From the NCBI GenBank assembly GCA_965230015.1, contig CBDDKF010000015.1, forward strand, positions 47,393-111,392: 64,000 nt of DNA, written 5' to 3'. A program made the position numbers and the translations under genes. The stretch comes from Ilumatobacteraceae bacterium. Lineage in GTDB: Bacteria > Actinomycetota > Acidimicrobiia > Acidimicrobiales > Ilumatobacteraceae. This document shows, one piece after another, positions 1-8,888 of the stretch (positions are counted from its first letter, which is position 1; each line of letters opens with the position of its first letter). The notes below the pieces were generated by a model. It did not search any database. It was not told where the DNA came from and worked only from the letters and a program-made list of their open reading frames with translations.

Positions 1-663
1 GACGGGTTCGACCCGACACTGCACCGCAAGGTCGACCGATGGTGGAAGGAACACGGCGACTTTCGGATCACGGCCGTGGGCGTCGTGTGGCAGGAACTCG
101 CGTTGGTGTTGCTCGGGCAACGGGTGACCACCCAAGAGGCGGTGAAGAGCTGGCGTCGGATGTGCTCGGCCCTCGCCGAGCCGGCGCCAGGTCCGTGCGA
201 GTTGTGGATGCCGCCAAGCCCCGACGCCGTGCAGTCGATCACCTATCGAGAGCTCCACCAGATGAATGTCGACCGTCGACGAGCCGACGCATTGCTGCTC
301 GCTGCCAAGCGCAGCGCACGCCTCGAGGAGGCCGCGACGATGTCGACTGCCGATGCATACACCCGGCTCACCGCGTTGCCCGGCTTCGGCGCGTGGACGG
401 CGACATCGACGCTGATCGCCTCACACGGCGATCCCGACGTGATCATGCTCGGCGACTACGGCATGCCGACCAAGGTGAACTACGCCTTCACGGGCGATGC
501 GACACGTCTGCCACCGGAGGACGGTGGCGACGAGGTGATGTGCGCCCATCTCGAGCCATGGCGCGGACATCGCCAGCGCATCGTCCGCCTGCTCTTCGCC
601 GCCGGGGTGAACCCGCCGCGGCGGGCCCCACGGGCGTTCAATCCCGACATCCGGCGGATGTAG
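1..663 (+). CDS. HhH-GPD family DNA glycosylase (AlkA-like 3-methyladenine glycosylase II), N-terminus outside window
   Basis: Frame 1 is open from base 1 to TAG 661-663; the listed ORF 76-663 starts at an internal GTG. LTALPGFGAWTATSTLIASHGDPDVIMLGDYG resembles the helix-hairpin-helix / Gly-Pro loop / catalytic Asp signature of AlkA-type glycosylases. Called from motif memory only. Confidence 0.6.
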   Translation, partial: DGFDPTLHRKVDRWWKEHGDFRITAVGVVWQELALVLLGQRVTTQEAVKSWRRMCSALAEPAPGPCELWMPPSPDAVQSITYRELHQMNVDRRRADALLLAAKRSARLEEAATMSTADAYTRLTALPGFGAWTATSTLIASHGDPDVIMLGDYGMPTKVNYAFTGDATRLPPEDGGDEVMCAHLEPWRGHRQRIVRLLFAAGVNPPRRAPRAFNPDIRRM

Positions 664-709
664 TCGCGCCGAGGCCACTCCGACGGCGCGCGAACGACAT
701 CATGACGAC

Positions 710-2353
710 ATGACCGCCGACGGCCACGAGCACGACGCTGCGACGCATCACGAGATCATCGTGCTCGGCGCAGGGGTGTCGGGGATCTACCAGATCAAGC
801 GGCTGATCGACCTGGACATCGACGCCATCGTGCTCGAAGCCGACGACGACCTCGGGGGCACCTGGTACCGCAACCGGTATCCCGGCTGCCGGTTCGACTC
901 CGAGAGCTACTCCTACGGCTACTCGTTCTCGAAGGAACTCCTCGACACCTGGCATTGGAAGGAGCGGTTCTCGTCGCAACCCGAGAACCTCCGCTACCTC
1001 AACTTCGTCGCCGACATGTTCGACCTCCGGCGACACATGCGGTTCAACGCCCGGGTCGAGTCGATGCGCTGGAACGAAGACGAACGGCAGTGGCGTCTCA
1101 CCCTGACGAGTGGCGAGGCGTAGACCGCGCGGTTCGTGATCACCGGCATCGGGGTGTTGTCGACGCCGACGCTTCCCGACTACCCCGGCCTCGACGACTT
1201 CGAGGGCGATGCGTTTCACACCTACTACTGGCCGAAGGAACCGGTGGCCCTCGATGGTCGCCGGGTCGGAGTGATCGGCACCGGCGCAACCGGTATCCAA
1301 GTGATCGCTGAGATCGCCGACAAAGTGGACGAGTTGTTCGTGTTCCAGCGGCGGCCGAACTGGGCAACACCGCTGAACAACTCGGCGATCTCCGCAAAGG
1401 AGATGGACGACATCAGGGCGCGCTACGACGACATCTTCGCCGCGTGCGCGTCGACGTTCGAGGGATTCGTCCATCAGCACGAGCCGCGGCGGTTCCACGA
1501 AGCGACGGCCGAAGAACGCCGAGCCCACTGGGACGAGCTGTATGCCTCGCCGGGATTCGCCATCATGGCGGCGAACTTCCCCGACATCTTCTTCGACGAA
1601 GACGCCAACAGGGAGATGTCGAACTACGTCGCCGACCGGATCCGCGAGCGGGTACACGACCCCGAGATCGCGGAGCAACTGATCCCCACGGACCACGGCT
1701 TCGCCATGCAACGCCTCCCACTGGAGACCAACTACTACGAGGCGTACAACCGGCCCAACGTGCACCTCGTGAATCTCGCCGAAACGCCGATCGAGCGCGT
1801 GAGCGGGCGCGGCATCGTCACTGCCAACGCCGAGTACGAGCTCGATCTCATCGTGATGGCGACCGGATTCGATGCGATCACCGGCGCGTGGGATCGGATG
1901 GACATCACCGGCGTCGATGGACGTTCGTTGGCCGATGCCTGGAGCGACGGCCCGCGCACCTACTACGGGCTCATGACCCACGGGTTCCCCAACCTGCTGA
2001 TGGTCGCCGGGCCGCAGAGCGTGTCGGGGTCGACCAACTTTCCCCGCGCGATCGAAGGCGGCGTCGACTGGATCACCGACTTCGTCAGCGACGTGCGCGA
2101 GCGCGGCATCACCCGCTTCGAGGCGACCACAGCCGCCGAGCAGGAATGGGTCGACGAGGTCGTCGCTCGACAGGATCGCTTGCTGATCCGCCGGAGCCAA
2201 GGCTGGTACACGGGCTACAACCGCAACGTCGCCGGGCACGGCCAGGGTACGGCGCGTTACATGGCGTACTGGGGCGGTGCGCCCCGGTATCACGCGATGA
2301 TCAACGACCTCGCTGCCAACGGGTACCCGGGGGTGGACGTCGATCCGCGCTGA
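710..2353 (+). pseudogene. Baeyer-Villiger (cyclohexanone-type) flavin monooxygenase interrupted by a single in-frame TAG at 1121-1123
   Basis: ORFs 710-1123 and 1136-2353 share one frame and together give a typical ~547-codon BVMO. Motifs: FAD GxGxxG IIVLGAGVSGI, GGTWYRNRYPGCRFDSES, NADPH Rossmann VGVIGTGATGIQ. Read through, the junction is LTSGEA-TAG-TARFVITGIGVLSTP, which is continuous with BVMO architecture. Confidence 0.75.
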
Positions 2354-2383
2354 CGACCGATTGCGCTGGCTGGTCGATACCGG

Positions 2384-3946
2384 TCAGGGCTCGCTGAACC
2401 CGGAGTAGCGCACGCCGCTCAGCTTGGCCATCCGATCGTCCCACGTCGCCAAGTCGCCCTTGTGGAACTTGCCGAGATGGTCGTGGCCACACGCCCGGGC
2501 CATCACGCTCATCAGGGCCACCGACGCCTCGAAGAAGTTGGCCAGTCGCTGGCTTGCGACCTCGACGTCGAGTCGGGCGCGCAGCTCGGGCTTCTGCGTG
2601 GCGACGCCGGTGGGGCAGTTGTTCGAGTTGCACATGCGCGCCCCCACACAACCGATCGCCTGCATCGCCGAGTTCGACACGGCAACTCCATCTGCGCCGA
2701 GGGCCAGCGCTTTGGCGAAGTCGATCGGCACGCGCAGGCCACCCGTCACGATCAGCGTGACCCGTCCGCTCGCCCCACGCTCGTCGAGGCAACGACGGGC
2801 CCGCGCCAACGCCGGGATCGTCGGAACACTGATGTGGTCGCGAAAGATCTCCGGCGCCGCGCCGGTACCGCCGCCGCGCCCATCGAGAATGATGTAGTCC
2901 ATGCCCGCGTCAAGCGCGAACCCGATGTCGGCTTCGACGTGGTTCGCGCTGAGCTTCATCCCGACGGGGATGCCACCGCTGACCTCACGCACGCGGTCGC
3001 CAAACCGGCGGAAGTCATCCGCGGTATCGAGATCGGCGAAGCGCGACGGAGAGATCGCCGGCTGTCCTTCCGGGATGCCGCGCACCTCGGCGATCTTGCC
3101 GATGTTCTTCGATCCGGGCAGATGTCCTCCGGTGCCGGTCTTGGCCCCCTGGCCACCCTTGAAGTGGAAGGCTTGCACGAGCGGCAACACCGCTTCGTCG
3201 TAGCCGAATCGCGCGCTCGCCAGCTCGTACAGGTACCGACTGTTGGCCTGCTGTTCTTCGGGCAGCATGCCGCCCTCGCCCGAACAGATTCCGGTGCCGG
3301 CGAGTTCAGCGCCAGTCGCCAACGACACCTTGGCTTCCTCCGACAGCGCGCCGAAGCTCATGTCGGACACGAACAGCGGGATGTCGAGTCGCAGCGGCCG
3401 GTCGGCCTCGGGCCCGATCACCAGCTCGGTACCCACCGGGTGATCGTCGAGCAACGGCTTGGTGGCCATCTGGGCCGTCATCATCTGCAGGTCGTCCCAA
3501 TGGGGCAGGTCCTTGCGCGGCACGCCCATCGAGGTCATCGGGCCGTGATGGCCAAGGGTCGACAAGCCTTCGCGCGCCAACCGATGGACGAACTCGACCG
3601 TCGGTTCTTCGGCGGTCGCCCGCGGCTCAGGAGCGCCGCCTGCACCAACCTGCACCGCCGTCACGACCGGAGCGGCGCCTCCGCCGTCGGTACCGACGAG
3701 CGCGTCGTCGAACTGCGCATGGGTGCCATCGCAGAAGGGCCGATTGCCGGTCCGCTTACATGCGCACAAGAACGCCTCGCCGTTGTCGTCGGCGACAAAA
3801 GGCACCGGGGTGAACTCGGTCCCGACGTGCGAACCGTCGCAGAACGGCTGGTTCTGCGAACGCCCGCACGCACACCACAAGTACTCGTCGCCCGCAACGA
3901 GATCTACCGCCTTCGGGTGGTTGGCGGCGATGATCGGATCGGCCAT
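2384..3946 (-). CDS. FMN-dependent glutamate synthase-related protein (GltB domain 2-like) with two N-terminal CDGSH iron-sulfur domains
   Basis: Two CDGSH motifs (CACGRSQNQPFCDGSH and CACKRTGNRPFCDGTH). These are followed by GltS FMN-domain signatures CSGEGGMLPEE, FKGGQGAKTGTGGHLPG and ILDGRGGGTGAAP. Confidence 0.8.
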   Translation of the reverse strand: MADPIIAANHPKAVDLVAGDEYLWCACGRSQNQPFCDGSHVGTEFTPVPFVADDNGEAFLCACKRTGNRPFCDGTHAQFDDALVGTDGGGAAPVVTAVQVGAGGAPEPRATAEEPTVEFVHRLAREGLSTLGHHGPMTSMGVPRKDLPHWDDLQMMTAQMATKPLLDDHPVGTELVIGPEADRPLRLDIPLFVSDMSFGALSEEAKVSLATGAELAGTGICSGEGGMLPEEQQANSRYLYELASARFGYDEAVLPLVQAFHFKGGQGAKTGTGGHLPGSKNIGKIAEVRGIPEGQPAISPSRFADLDTADDFRRFGDRVREVSGGIPVGMKLSANHVEADIGFALDAGMDYIILDGRGGGTGAAPEIFRDHISVPTIPALARARRCLDERGASGRVTLIVTGGLRVPIDFAKALALGADGVAVSNSAMQAIGCVGARMCNSNNCPTGVATQKPELRARLDVEVASQRLANFFEASVALMSVMARACGHDHLGKFHKGDLATWDDRMAKLSGVRYSGFSEP

Positions 3947-4001
3947 GGCGTTCCCCTTCCCATGCAGTTCCGCTACACAGAGTTGTTTAAGCTACAAGTT
4001 G

Positions 4002-4017
4002 TTGTCGAAAGCGACAA
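4002..4017. promoter_or_regulatory. Palindrome TTGTCG-aaag-CGACAA in the divergent gltS-like/TetR intergenic region (candidate TetR operator)
   Basis: Perfect 6-bp inverted repeat with 4-bp spacer, read directly. It lies 23 bp upstream of the TetR start at 4040. Confidence 0.35.
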
Positions 4018-4039
4018 GGCAAAGCAACAAGGTGCTGAC

Positions 4040-4648
4040 GTGAGCGTTCAACCGGCGACCGAGATGGAGCGCGTCAACCCGCGGACCCGTCGGGTCCGTG
4101 CAGCAATCCTCGACGGCGCAACGGCGCTCCTACGGGATCACGGGCCGGAGCACGTCACCGTGGCGTTGGTCGCCGAGCGCGCCGACGTGGCCCGCACCAC
4201 GATCTACCGCCATTGGCCAGACCAGCGCAGCCTGCTGTTGGCGGCGATCGACCAGCTGACCGTGCCGCATCATCACATCGAGACGACCGGTCGTCTCGAT
4301 GACGACGTGCGATCCGCGTTGGCTCAGCTGCGGACGCGGATGGTCAAGCGATCGGTGCGATCGATGTTCGCCGCCTTTGCGACGCACGCCGCACACGACA
4401 CCACCTTCAGCGATGGTCAGCGACGCTTTGCGCTCCAGCTCGGTGCGCCCACCTACGAGGTCCTCCGTGACGCCCAGGAGCGGGGCGACATCGGCCCCGA
4501 CGTCGACTGCGAAGTCGAAGCGAACGTGCTCGCGGGAGCGGTGATCCACCACTACGTCACACTGCACGACGACGTCAGCGATGAGTTCCTCGACCTCGTC
4601 GTCGACCGTTGGCTGGCACGTCAGCCGCGGACCTCCCACTCGAAGTAG
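4040..4648 (+). CDS. TetR/AcrR family transcriptional regulator
   Basis: Lies in the frame of the artefactual long ORF 2462-4648. GTG 4040 (or ATG 4064) precedes the TetR HTH VTVALVAERADVARTTIYRHWPDQRSLL. Stop is TAG 4646-4648. Confidence 0.8.
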   Translation: MSVQPATEMERVNPRTRRVRAAILDGATALLRDHGPEHVTVALVAERADVARTTIYRHWPDQRSLLLAAIDQLTVPHHHIETTGRLDDDVRSALAQLRTRMVKRSVRSMFAAFATHAAHDTTFSDGQRRFALQLGAPTYEVLRDAQERGDIGPDVDCEVEANVLAGAVIHHYVTLHDDVSDEFLDLVVDRWLARQPRTSHSK

Positions 4649-5661
4649 GGATCGCCGACGTCGAGCCGCCGCTGCACGACGAGTTGCACGTCCTCCATCA
4701 TCGCCAGGCCTTCCCACAACGCGTTCCAACTCTCGAAGACCACCGAGTGGACCGTCGCCGGGTCGAACAAGCGCCACTCACGTACGCGCACCCGGTGGAC
4801 GTCGCCATCGCTGTCGAGTTCGCAGTCGGGTCCGTGTCCGCCGAGCAGGCGGGCGAACCGTGCGGCGAAGGGTGTGTCCTCCGGCGCGGATGCCGTATCC
4901 GTCGTCAACGTGGCCATCACCGCTTGGTGGTACTGCATGCCGATCTGATGCCCGACCACGGTGGCCACGCTGCGGGTGTCGGCGGGGCCGAGCACTTCGG
5001 TCATCGCCGGCAGGATCGTGTGGATGTAGTTCATCGAGTAGTTGCGCTCGACCTTGGCGAGCCGTACCGGATCCCAGCTCGGCACCGGGAGCGGCTGAGC
5101 GGGGCCGGGCGGTTGTTCGCCGGGACGAAACCGGACGCGGTCATCCGGGGCGAGCGGCTCGGGTTCTTCGATGTAGTACCCGACGAGACCCGGTTGGCCG
5201 TCGGTGGTTTGTGAGGTCGCGACGAATCCGAGACGGTCGTTGCCGAGCGATACGCCGTTGTGCCCGTGCCATCCGCGCAACATCGCCCGGCTGAGTTCGG
5301 TGGGGATGCCGCACACCGCCGTGCCGTCGAAGATCCATCGAGGCGGGAGGTAGCGCACCCACGACTTCGTGTCCGACTCGGGGATCCACTCCACGCGCAC
5401 ACCGCCGAGCGCGTTCGACAACACGTGGTACTTGGCGCACGCCACCGCGTCGGGTTCGTCGGTCAGGCCGAGCTTCTCCAAACCGGGCAAGAACGCCCCG
5501 AGATGCTGGTTGCGGAACACACGAAACATCACGTCAGCGGCCGGGGCGGTTCCCAGGCGAGTGACCATCCCGAGCAACAGTCCGGTGAGTTGCCGGTGGT
5601 ACAGCTCCGCCAAGGCAGCCCAGCCGGCCGGGTCGTCGACGGCACGTGGTGATTCGCTCAT
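4621..5661 (-). CDS. Hypothetical protein (346 aa), no recognisable motif
   Basis: C-terminal part of ORF 4621-6606. ATG at 5661 (MSESPRAVDD...) sits directly after an AT-rich promoter-like gap. The region upstream of it is antisense to the crotonase gene. The 3' end overlaps the convergent TetR gene by 28 nt. Confidence 0.55.
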   Translation of the reverse strand: MSESPRAVDDPAGWAALAELYHRQLTGLLLGMVTRLGTAPAADVMFRVFRNQHLGAFLPGLEKLGLTDEPDAVACAKYHVLSNALGGVRVEWIPESDTKSWVRYLPPRWIFDGTAVCGIPTELSRAMLRGWHGHNGVSLGNDRLGFVATSQTTDGQPGLVGYYIEEPEPLAPDDRVRFRPGEQPPGPAQPLPVPSWDPVRLAKVERNYSMNYIHTILPAMTEVLGPADTRSVATVVGHQIGMQYHQAVMATLTTDTASAPEDTPFAARFARLLGGHGPDCELDSDGDVHRVRVREWRLFDPATVHSVVFESWNALWEGLAMMEDVQLVVQRRLDVGDPYFEWEVRG

Positions 5662-5686
5662 CACCGCATCTTGACAGGATTCCGTT

Positions 5687-5733
5687 GAAAAGTGAATCTC
5701 TTTCACATAAATTAATGAAAGCACTTCACTTTT
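5687..5733. promoter_or_regulatory. AT-rich divergent promoter/operator with repeated GTGAA/TTCAC half-sites
   Basis: The 81-bp gap 5662-5742 is strikingly AT-rich for this DNA. AAAAGTGAA (5688-5696) is the perfect inverted repeat of TTCACTTTT (5725-5733). Two internal small palindromes are GTGAA-n5-TTCAC (5692-5706) and TGAA-agcac-TTCA (about 5716-5728). Confidence 0.5.
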
Positions 5734-5742
5734 GGAGGAACC

Positions 5743-6636
5743 ATGGAGTTCGAGACCGTGCTGTACACCGTCGACGCCCCGATCGCCACGATCACGCTGA
5801 ACCGTCCGGAGGAACTCAACACGATCGTCCCGCCGATGCCCGACGAGTTCGAGGAGGCAGTGCGCCGCGCCACGGTCGACGACGACGTCAAAGTGATCGT
5901 CGTGCGCGGCGCCGGCAGGGCGTTCTGCGGCGGCTACAACTTCGGCGGCGGGTTCAACCACTGGGGCGAGCGGATCAGCACCGACGGGAAGTGGGATCCG
6001 GGCAAGGACTTCGCGTGGAGTACCGACCGACTGACCGCGCCGACCCAGAAGTTCATGTCCATCTGGCATTCGCACAAGCCGGTCATCGTGCAGATCCACG
6101 GGTGGTGTGTCGGCGGGGCGAGCGACACGGCGTTGTGCGGCGACCTCGTGATCGCCGCCGACGACGCCCGCATCGGCACGCCGTACTCGCGGATGTGGGG
6201 CGCCTACCTGAGCGGGATGTGGCTCTATCGGTTGGGCCTCACCAAGGCCAAGGAGTACGCCCTCACCGGCAAGCCGCTGTCTGGAGTGGAGGCGGCCGAC
6301 ATCGGACTGATCAACGAGTCGGTTTCCTTCGACCAGTTGGAGGCGACCGTGCACGAACGAGCGATGCAGCTGGCATCGATCCCGTCGTCGCAGTTGGCGG
6401 CGATGAAGCTCGTCGTCAATCACGCGTACGAGAACATGGGAGTGTCGAGCACACAGGTGCTCGGTCCGATCCTCGACGGTCTGATGCGCAACACGCCCGA
6501 CGCCATCGACTTCATCGAGCGCGCGCAGTCCGAAGGGGTGCGCGCCGTGATCACCGACCGCGACGGCCTGTTCGGCGACTACAGCCAGGCGCCTGCCGAC
6601 GAGCAACCGGATCCGTCACACGTGATCACCCCATGA
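5743..6636 (+). CDS. Enoyl-CoA hydratase/isomerase (crotonase) family protein
   Basis: ATITLNRPEELN and VRGAGRAFCGGYNFGGG are typical crotonase-fold oxyanion-hole segments. An RBS-like GGAGGAA precedes the ATG. Confidence 0.8.
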   Translation: MEFETVLYTVDAPIATITLNRPEELNTIVPPMPDEFEEAVRRATVDDDVKVIVVRGAGRAFCGGYNFGGGFNHWGERISTDGKWDPGKDFAWSTDRLTAPTQKFMSIWHSHKPVIVQIHGWCVGGASDTALCGDLVIAADDARIGTPYSRMWGAYLSGMWLYRLGLTKAKEYALTGKPLSGVEAADIGLINESVSFDQLEATVHERAMQLASIPSSQLAAMKLVVNHAYENMGVSSTQVLGPILDGLMRNTPDAIDFIERAQSEGVRAVITDRDGLFGDYSQAPADEQPDPSHVITP

Positions 6637-6643
6637 GCAGCGT

Positions 6644-7267
6644 GTGTCGCGGCATGATGGCCCGATGACGGCCGCACCCAGCGACCATCTCACCGAGAAG
6701 GGTCGGCGAACTCGCGATCGCCTCCTCGAGGTCGCCGGCCTCGAACTCCGCGATCACGGCGTCGTCGAGGTCACCTCGGTCGCCGAACGAGCGAGCGTCA
6801 GCGTGGGGCTGCTCTATCGCTACTTCGCCAACAAGGACGGGCTGGTCACGGCGCTGATCGACGAGTTCTACGACCAGTACGAGGCCGTGGTCTTCTCCGA
6901 AGCGCCGCCGGCCGACGTGCATTGGACCGAGTTCGAGCGGGCGCGCATCGCCCGCGAGGTCGACTTCGTGTTCGACCATCCACTCGGCCGAGCGATCATC
7001 GGTGGACCACCCGCCGAGCCTGCGGCCGCGCTCGCCGACGGGCGCCGCCTCGGCCGGCACATCGAAATGGCGGCCCGCAACATCGCCCACGGCGTGCGTC
7101 GCGGCGAGATCGAGGTGTCGGTCGACCCCCGCTTGGCGGGAGCTGCGATCATCGGCGGGCTGCGATCGTGTTTGGCGATGGCCCTCGCCGCGGGCAACGA
7201 CATCAATCGGGCCGACGTCGTCGACGCAGTCGAGCAGAGCTCGGCGGGCCTGATCACGCCGCTGTAG
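6644..7267 (+). CDS. TetR/AcrR family transcriptional regulator
   Basis: N-terminal HTH VEVTSVAERASVSVGLLYRYFANKDGLV. The exact start is uncertain (6644 or an internal Met). Confidence 0.8.
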   Translation: MSRHDGPMTAAPSDHLTEKGRRTRDRLLEVAGLELRDHGVVEVTSVAERASVSVGLLYRYFANKDGLVTALIDEFYDQYEAVVFSEAPPADVHWTEFERARIAREVDFVFDHPLGRAIIGGPPAEPAAALADGRRLGRHIEMAARNIAHGVRRGEIEVSVDPRLAGAAIIGGLRSCLAMALAAGNDINRADVVDAVEQSSAGLITPL

Positions 7268-7294
7268 CAGCGGCGCGCGTGCGACGATTGCGCC

Positions 7295-8038
7295 GTGGGT
7301 GACGACCGCCGTGGGGCACTGCTGTTCGACTTCTTCGGCACGTTGGTCGACTTCGAGCCCGACCTCACGCGCCTCGGCGCGCCTGCCACCCACGACGCAG
7401 CCCGAGCGTTGGGCTACCCGGGCGGCCATGACGAATTCGTCGACCAACTCGACCGGGCGTGGACCCGGCTGGCCGACGAATCGCAGCGCACGATGCGCGA
7501 GTTCGACGCGGCGACGGCCTTCACCTCGTTCACCGACACGCACCTCCCCACGCTGAGCGCGGCCGAAGTGGAGCAGTTGGCCGACGGGTTCAGCGAAGAG
7601 TGGACCGCCCACATCCGTCCGGTCGTGGGAGCGAGCGACATGCTGCGACGGCTTGCCAACACCTGGTCGATCGCCATCGTGTCGAACACGCACAGCACAT
7701 CGATCGTGCCGAGCGTGATGCAGTCGATGGGCATCGACGACGTGGTCGACACCGTCGTGCTGTCGGTCGACCACGGCTGGATCAAACCGCATCGATCGAT
7801 CTACGACGTTGCGCTCACGCAACTCGGCGCCGACCCCGCCGTGTCATGGTTCGTCGGCGACAGCTTCGAGCCGGACTACTCGGGGCCCCGCGCCGTAGGG
7901 ATGCAGTCGTTGTTGATCGATCCACGCGGTCGGCACCCGGTTCCCCCCGAGCACCGCCTGCGCACCGTGCTCGATGCCGAGTCCGCCGTCGCCGGCCCGC
8001 CCAGCACGCACGACGCACCGCTGCCGGGCCAGGCCTAG
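7295..8038 (+). CDS. HAD superfamily hydrolase (subfamily IA-like)
   Basis: Motif I LLFDFFGTLVD, motif II IVSNTHS, motif IV FVGDSFEPDY. GTG start. Confidence 0.75.
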   Translation: MGDDRRGALLFDFFGTLVDFEPDLTRLGAPATHDAARALGYPGGHDEFVDQLDRAWTRLADESQRTMREFDAATAFTSFTDTHLPTLSAAEVEQLADGFSEEWTAHIRPVVGASDMLRRLANTWSIAIVSNTHSTSIVPSVMQSMGIDDVVDTVVLSVDHGWIKPHRSIYDVALTQLGADPAVSWFVGDSFEPDYSGPRAVGMQSLLIDPRGRHPVPPEHRLRTVLDAESAVAGPPSTHDAPLPGQA

Positions 8039-8715
8039 TCGTCGTACTGGTCGTGGCGCCGTAGCCATGCCATCGACCAATCGAGGCTGTCCTCGTCCCG
8101 ACCCTTCGGCACCATGTCGAGCATCTGGTAGGCGTTGTTGAAGAGGTCGAGACCACGCGCATACGCCGAGTAGGTGTGAAACACCTCGTCGCCATCGCGC
8201 ACGAAGACGCTGAAACCGGGCATCTCGTCGATCGGGTCGTCGACGTGGCGATAGTTGTACCGAGTCGATCCAGCGACCTCGAAGTCACGGTTGAACGAGG
8301 TGCCTCCCGACGACACCCACGGGAACGTCCAGCCCATGCGCGCGCGATAGTCGAGCAGCGTCTCGATGCAGGCGGTCGAGACCGCCACGACGGCAACGTC
8401 GCGTGCGGCGAGGTGGGGCACCACGCCGTTGTACCCGTCGGCCCAGAACGAGCAACTCGGACAACCCTCCGGCCAGTCGTCGCCAAACATGAAGTGCCAG
8501 ACGATGAGTTGGCTGCGGGCACCGAACAGGTCGCGCAACGACTGTGACCCATCGGCTCCGATGAACGAGTACTCGCGTTCCACGCGCACCCACGGGAGCG
8601 CGCGTCTCCGTCGGGCGAGATCGTCGAGTTGCACCGTGAGCTGCTTCTCCGCCTCGAGCAGCGCGCGACGCGCCTCGTCGAACTCGACGCGGCCAACCAC
8701 GGGATGGGACGTCAT
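8035..8715 (-). CDS. DUF899 thioredoxin-like family protein
   Basis: VWHFMFGDDWPEGCPSCSFWADG and the C-terminal ...AWLRRHDQYDD are characteristic of DUF899. Start chosen at ATG 8715 (MTSHPVVGR...) rather than the longer ORF start at 8784. Confidence 0.7.
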   Translation of the reverse strand: MTSHPVVGRVEFDEARRALLEAEKQLTVQLDDLARRRRALPWVRVEREYSFIGADGSQSLRDLFGARSQLIVWHFMFGDDWPEGCPSCSFWADGYNGVVPHLAARDVAVVAVSTACIETLLDYRARMGWTFPWVSSGGTSFNRDFEVAGSTRYNYRHVDDPIDEMPGFSVFVRDGDEVFHTYSAYARGLDLFNNAYQMLDMVPKGRDEDSLDWSMAWLRRHDQYDD

Positions 8716-8785
8716 GGTGAGACTCCCTGCATTCGGACAGCAATCGGACAGTGTGCGGACACCGGGGTAACCCGCCGACATCATA

Positions 8786-8805
8786 ATGTAAGCGAATGCT
8801 TACAT
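8786..8805. promoter_or_regulatory. Perfect palindrome ATGTAAGC-gaat-GCTTACAT in a divergent intergenic region
   Basis: 8-bp inverted repeat with 4-bp spacer, read directly. It lies between the DUF899 gene (-) and the LLM gene (+) in an AT-richer patch. Confidence 0.45.
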
Positions 8806-8809
8806 AGAT

Positions 8810-8823
8810 CCCCCCCCCCCCCC
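8810..8823. repeat. Homopolymeric C14 tract
   Basis: 14 consecutive C residues read directly, 5 bp from the palindrome and 66 bp upstream of the LLM start codon. Confidence 0.9.
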
Positions 8824-8888
8824 ACGGCTTCGGCGTCAGCTCACCAGCCGTTGACGTCAACACGCCATGAACACGTACGGTCGCGAGC

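Noticed and set aside
638-2293. Long ORFs antisense to, or out of frame with, recognised genes. Examples: 638-2293(-), 2462-4040(+ part), 16246-17442(+), 18508-21477(+), 31017-33515(+), 32350-34740(-), 41511-43451(+), 46933-49923(+), 34682-36763(+).
   Set aside because: Their translations are Arg/Gly/Pro/Ala-rich with no motifs. They overlap genes with clear family signatures on the other strand or frame. This is the usual stop-codon-poor artefact of very GC-rich DNA.
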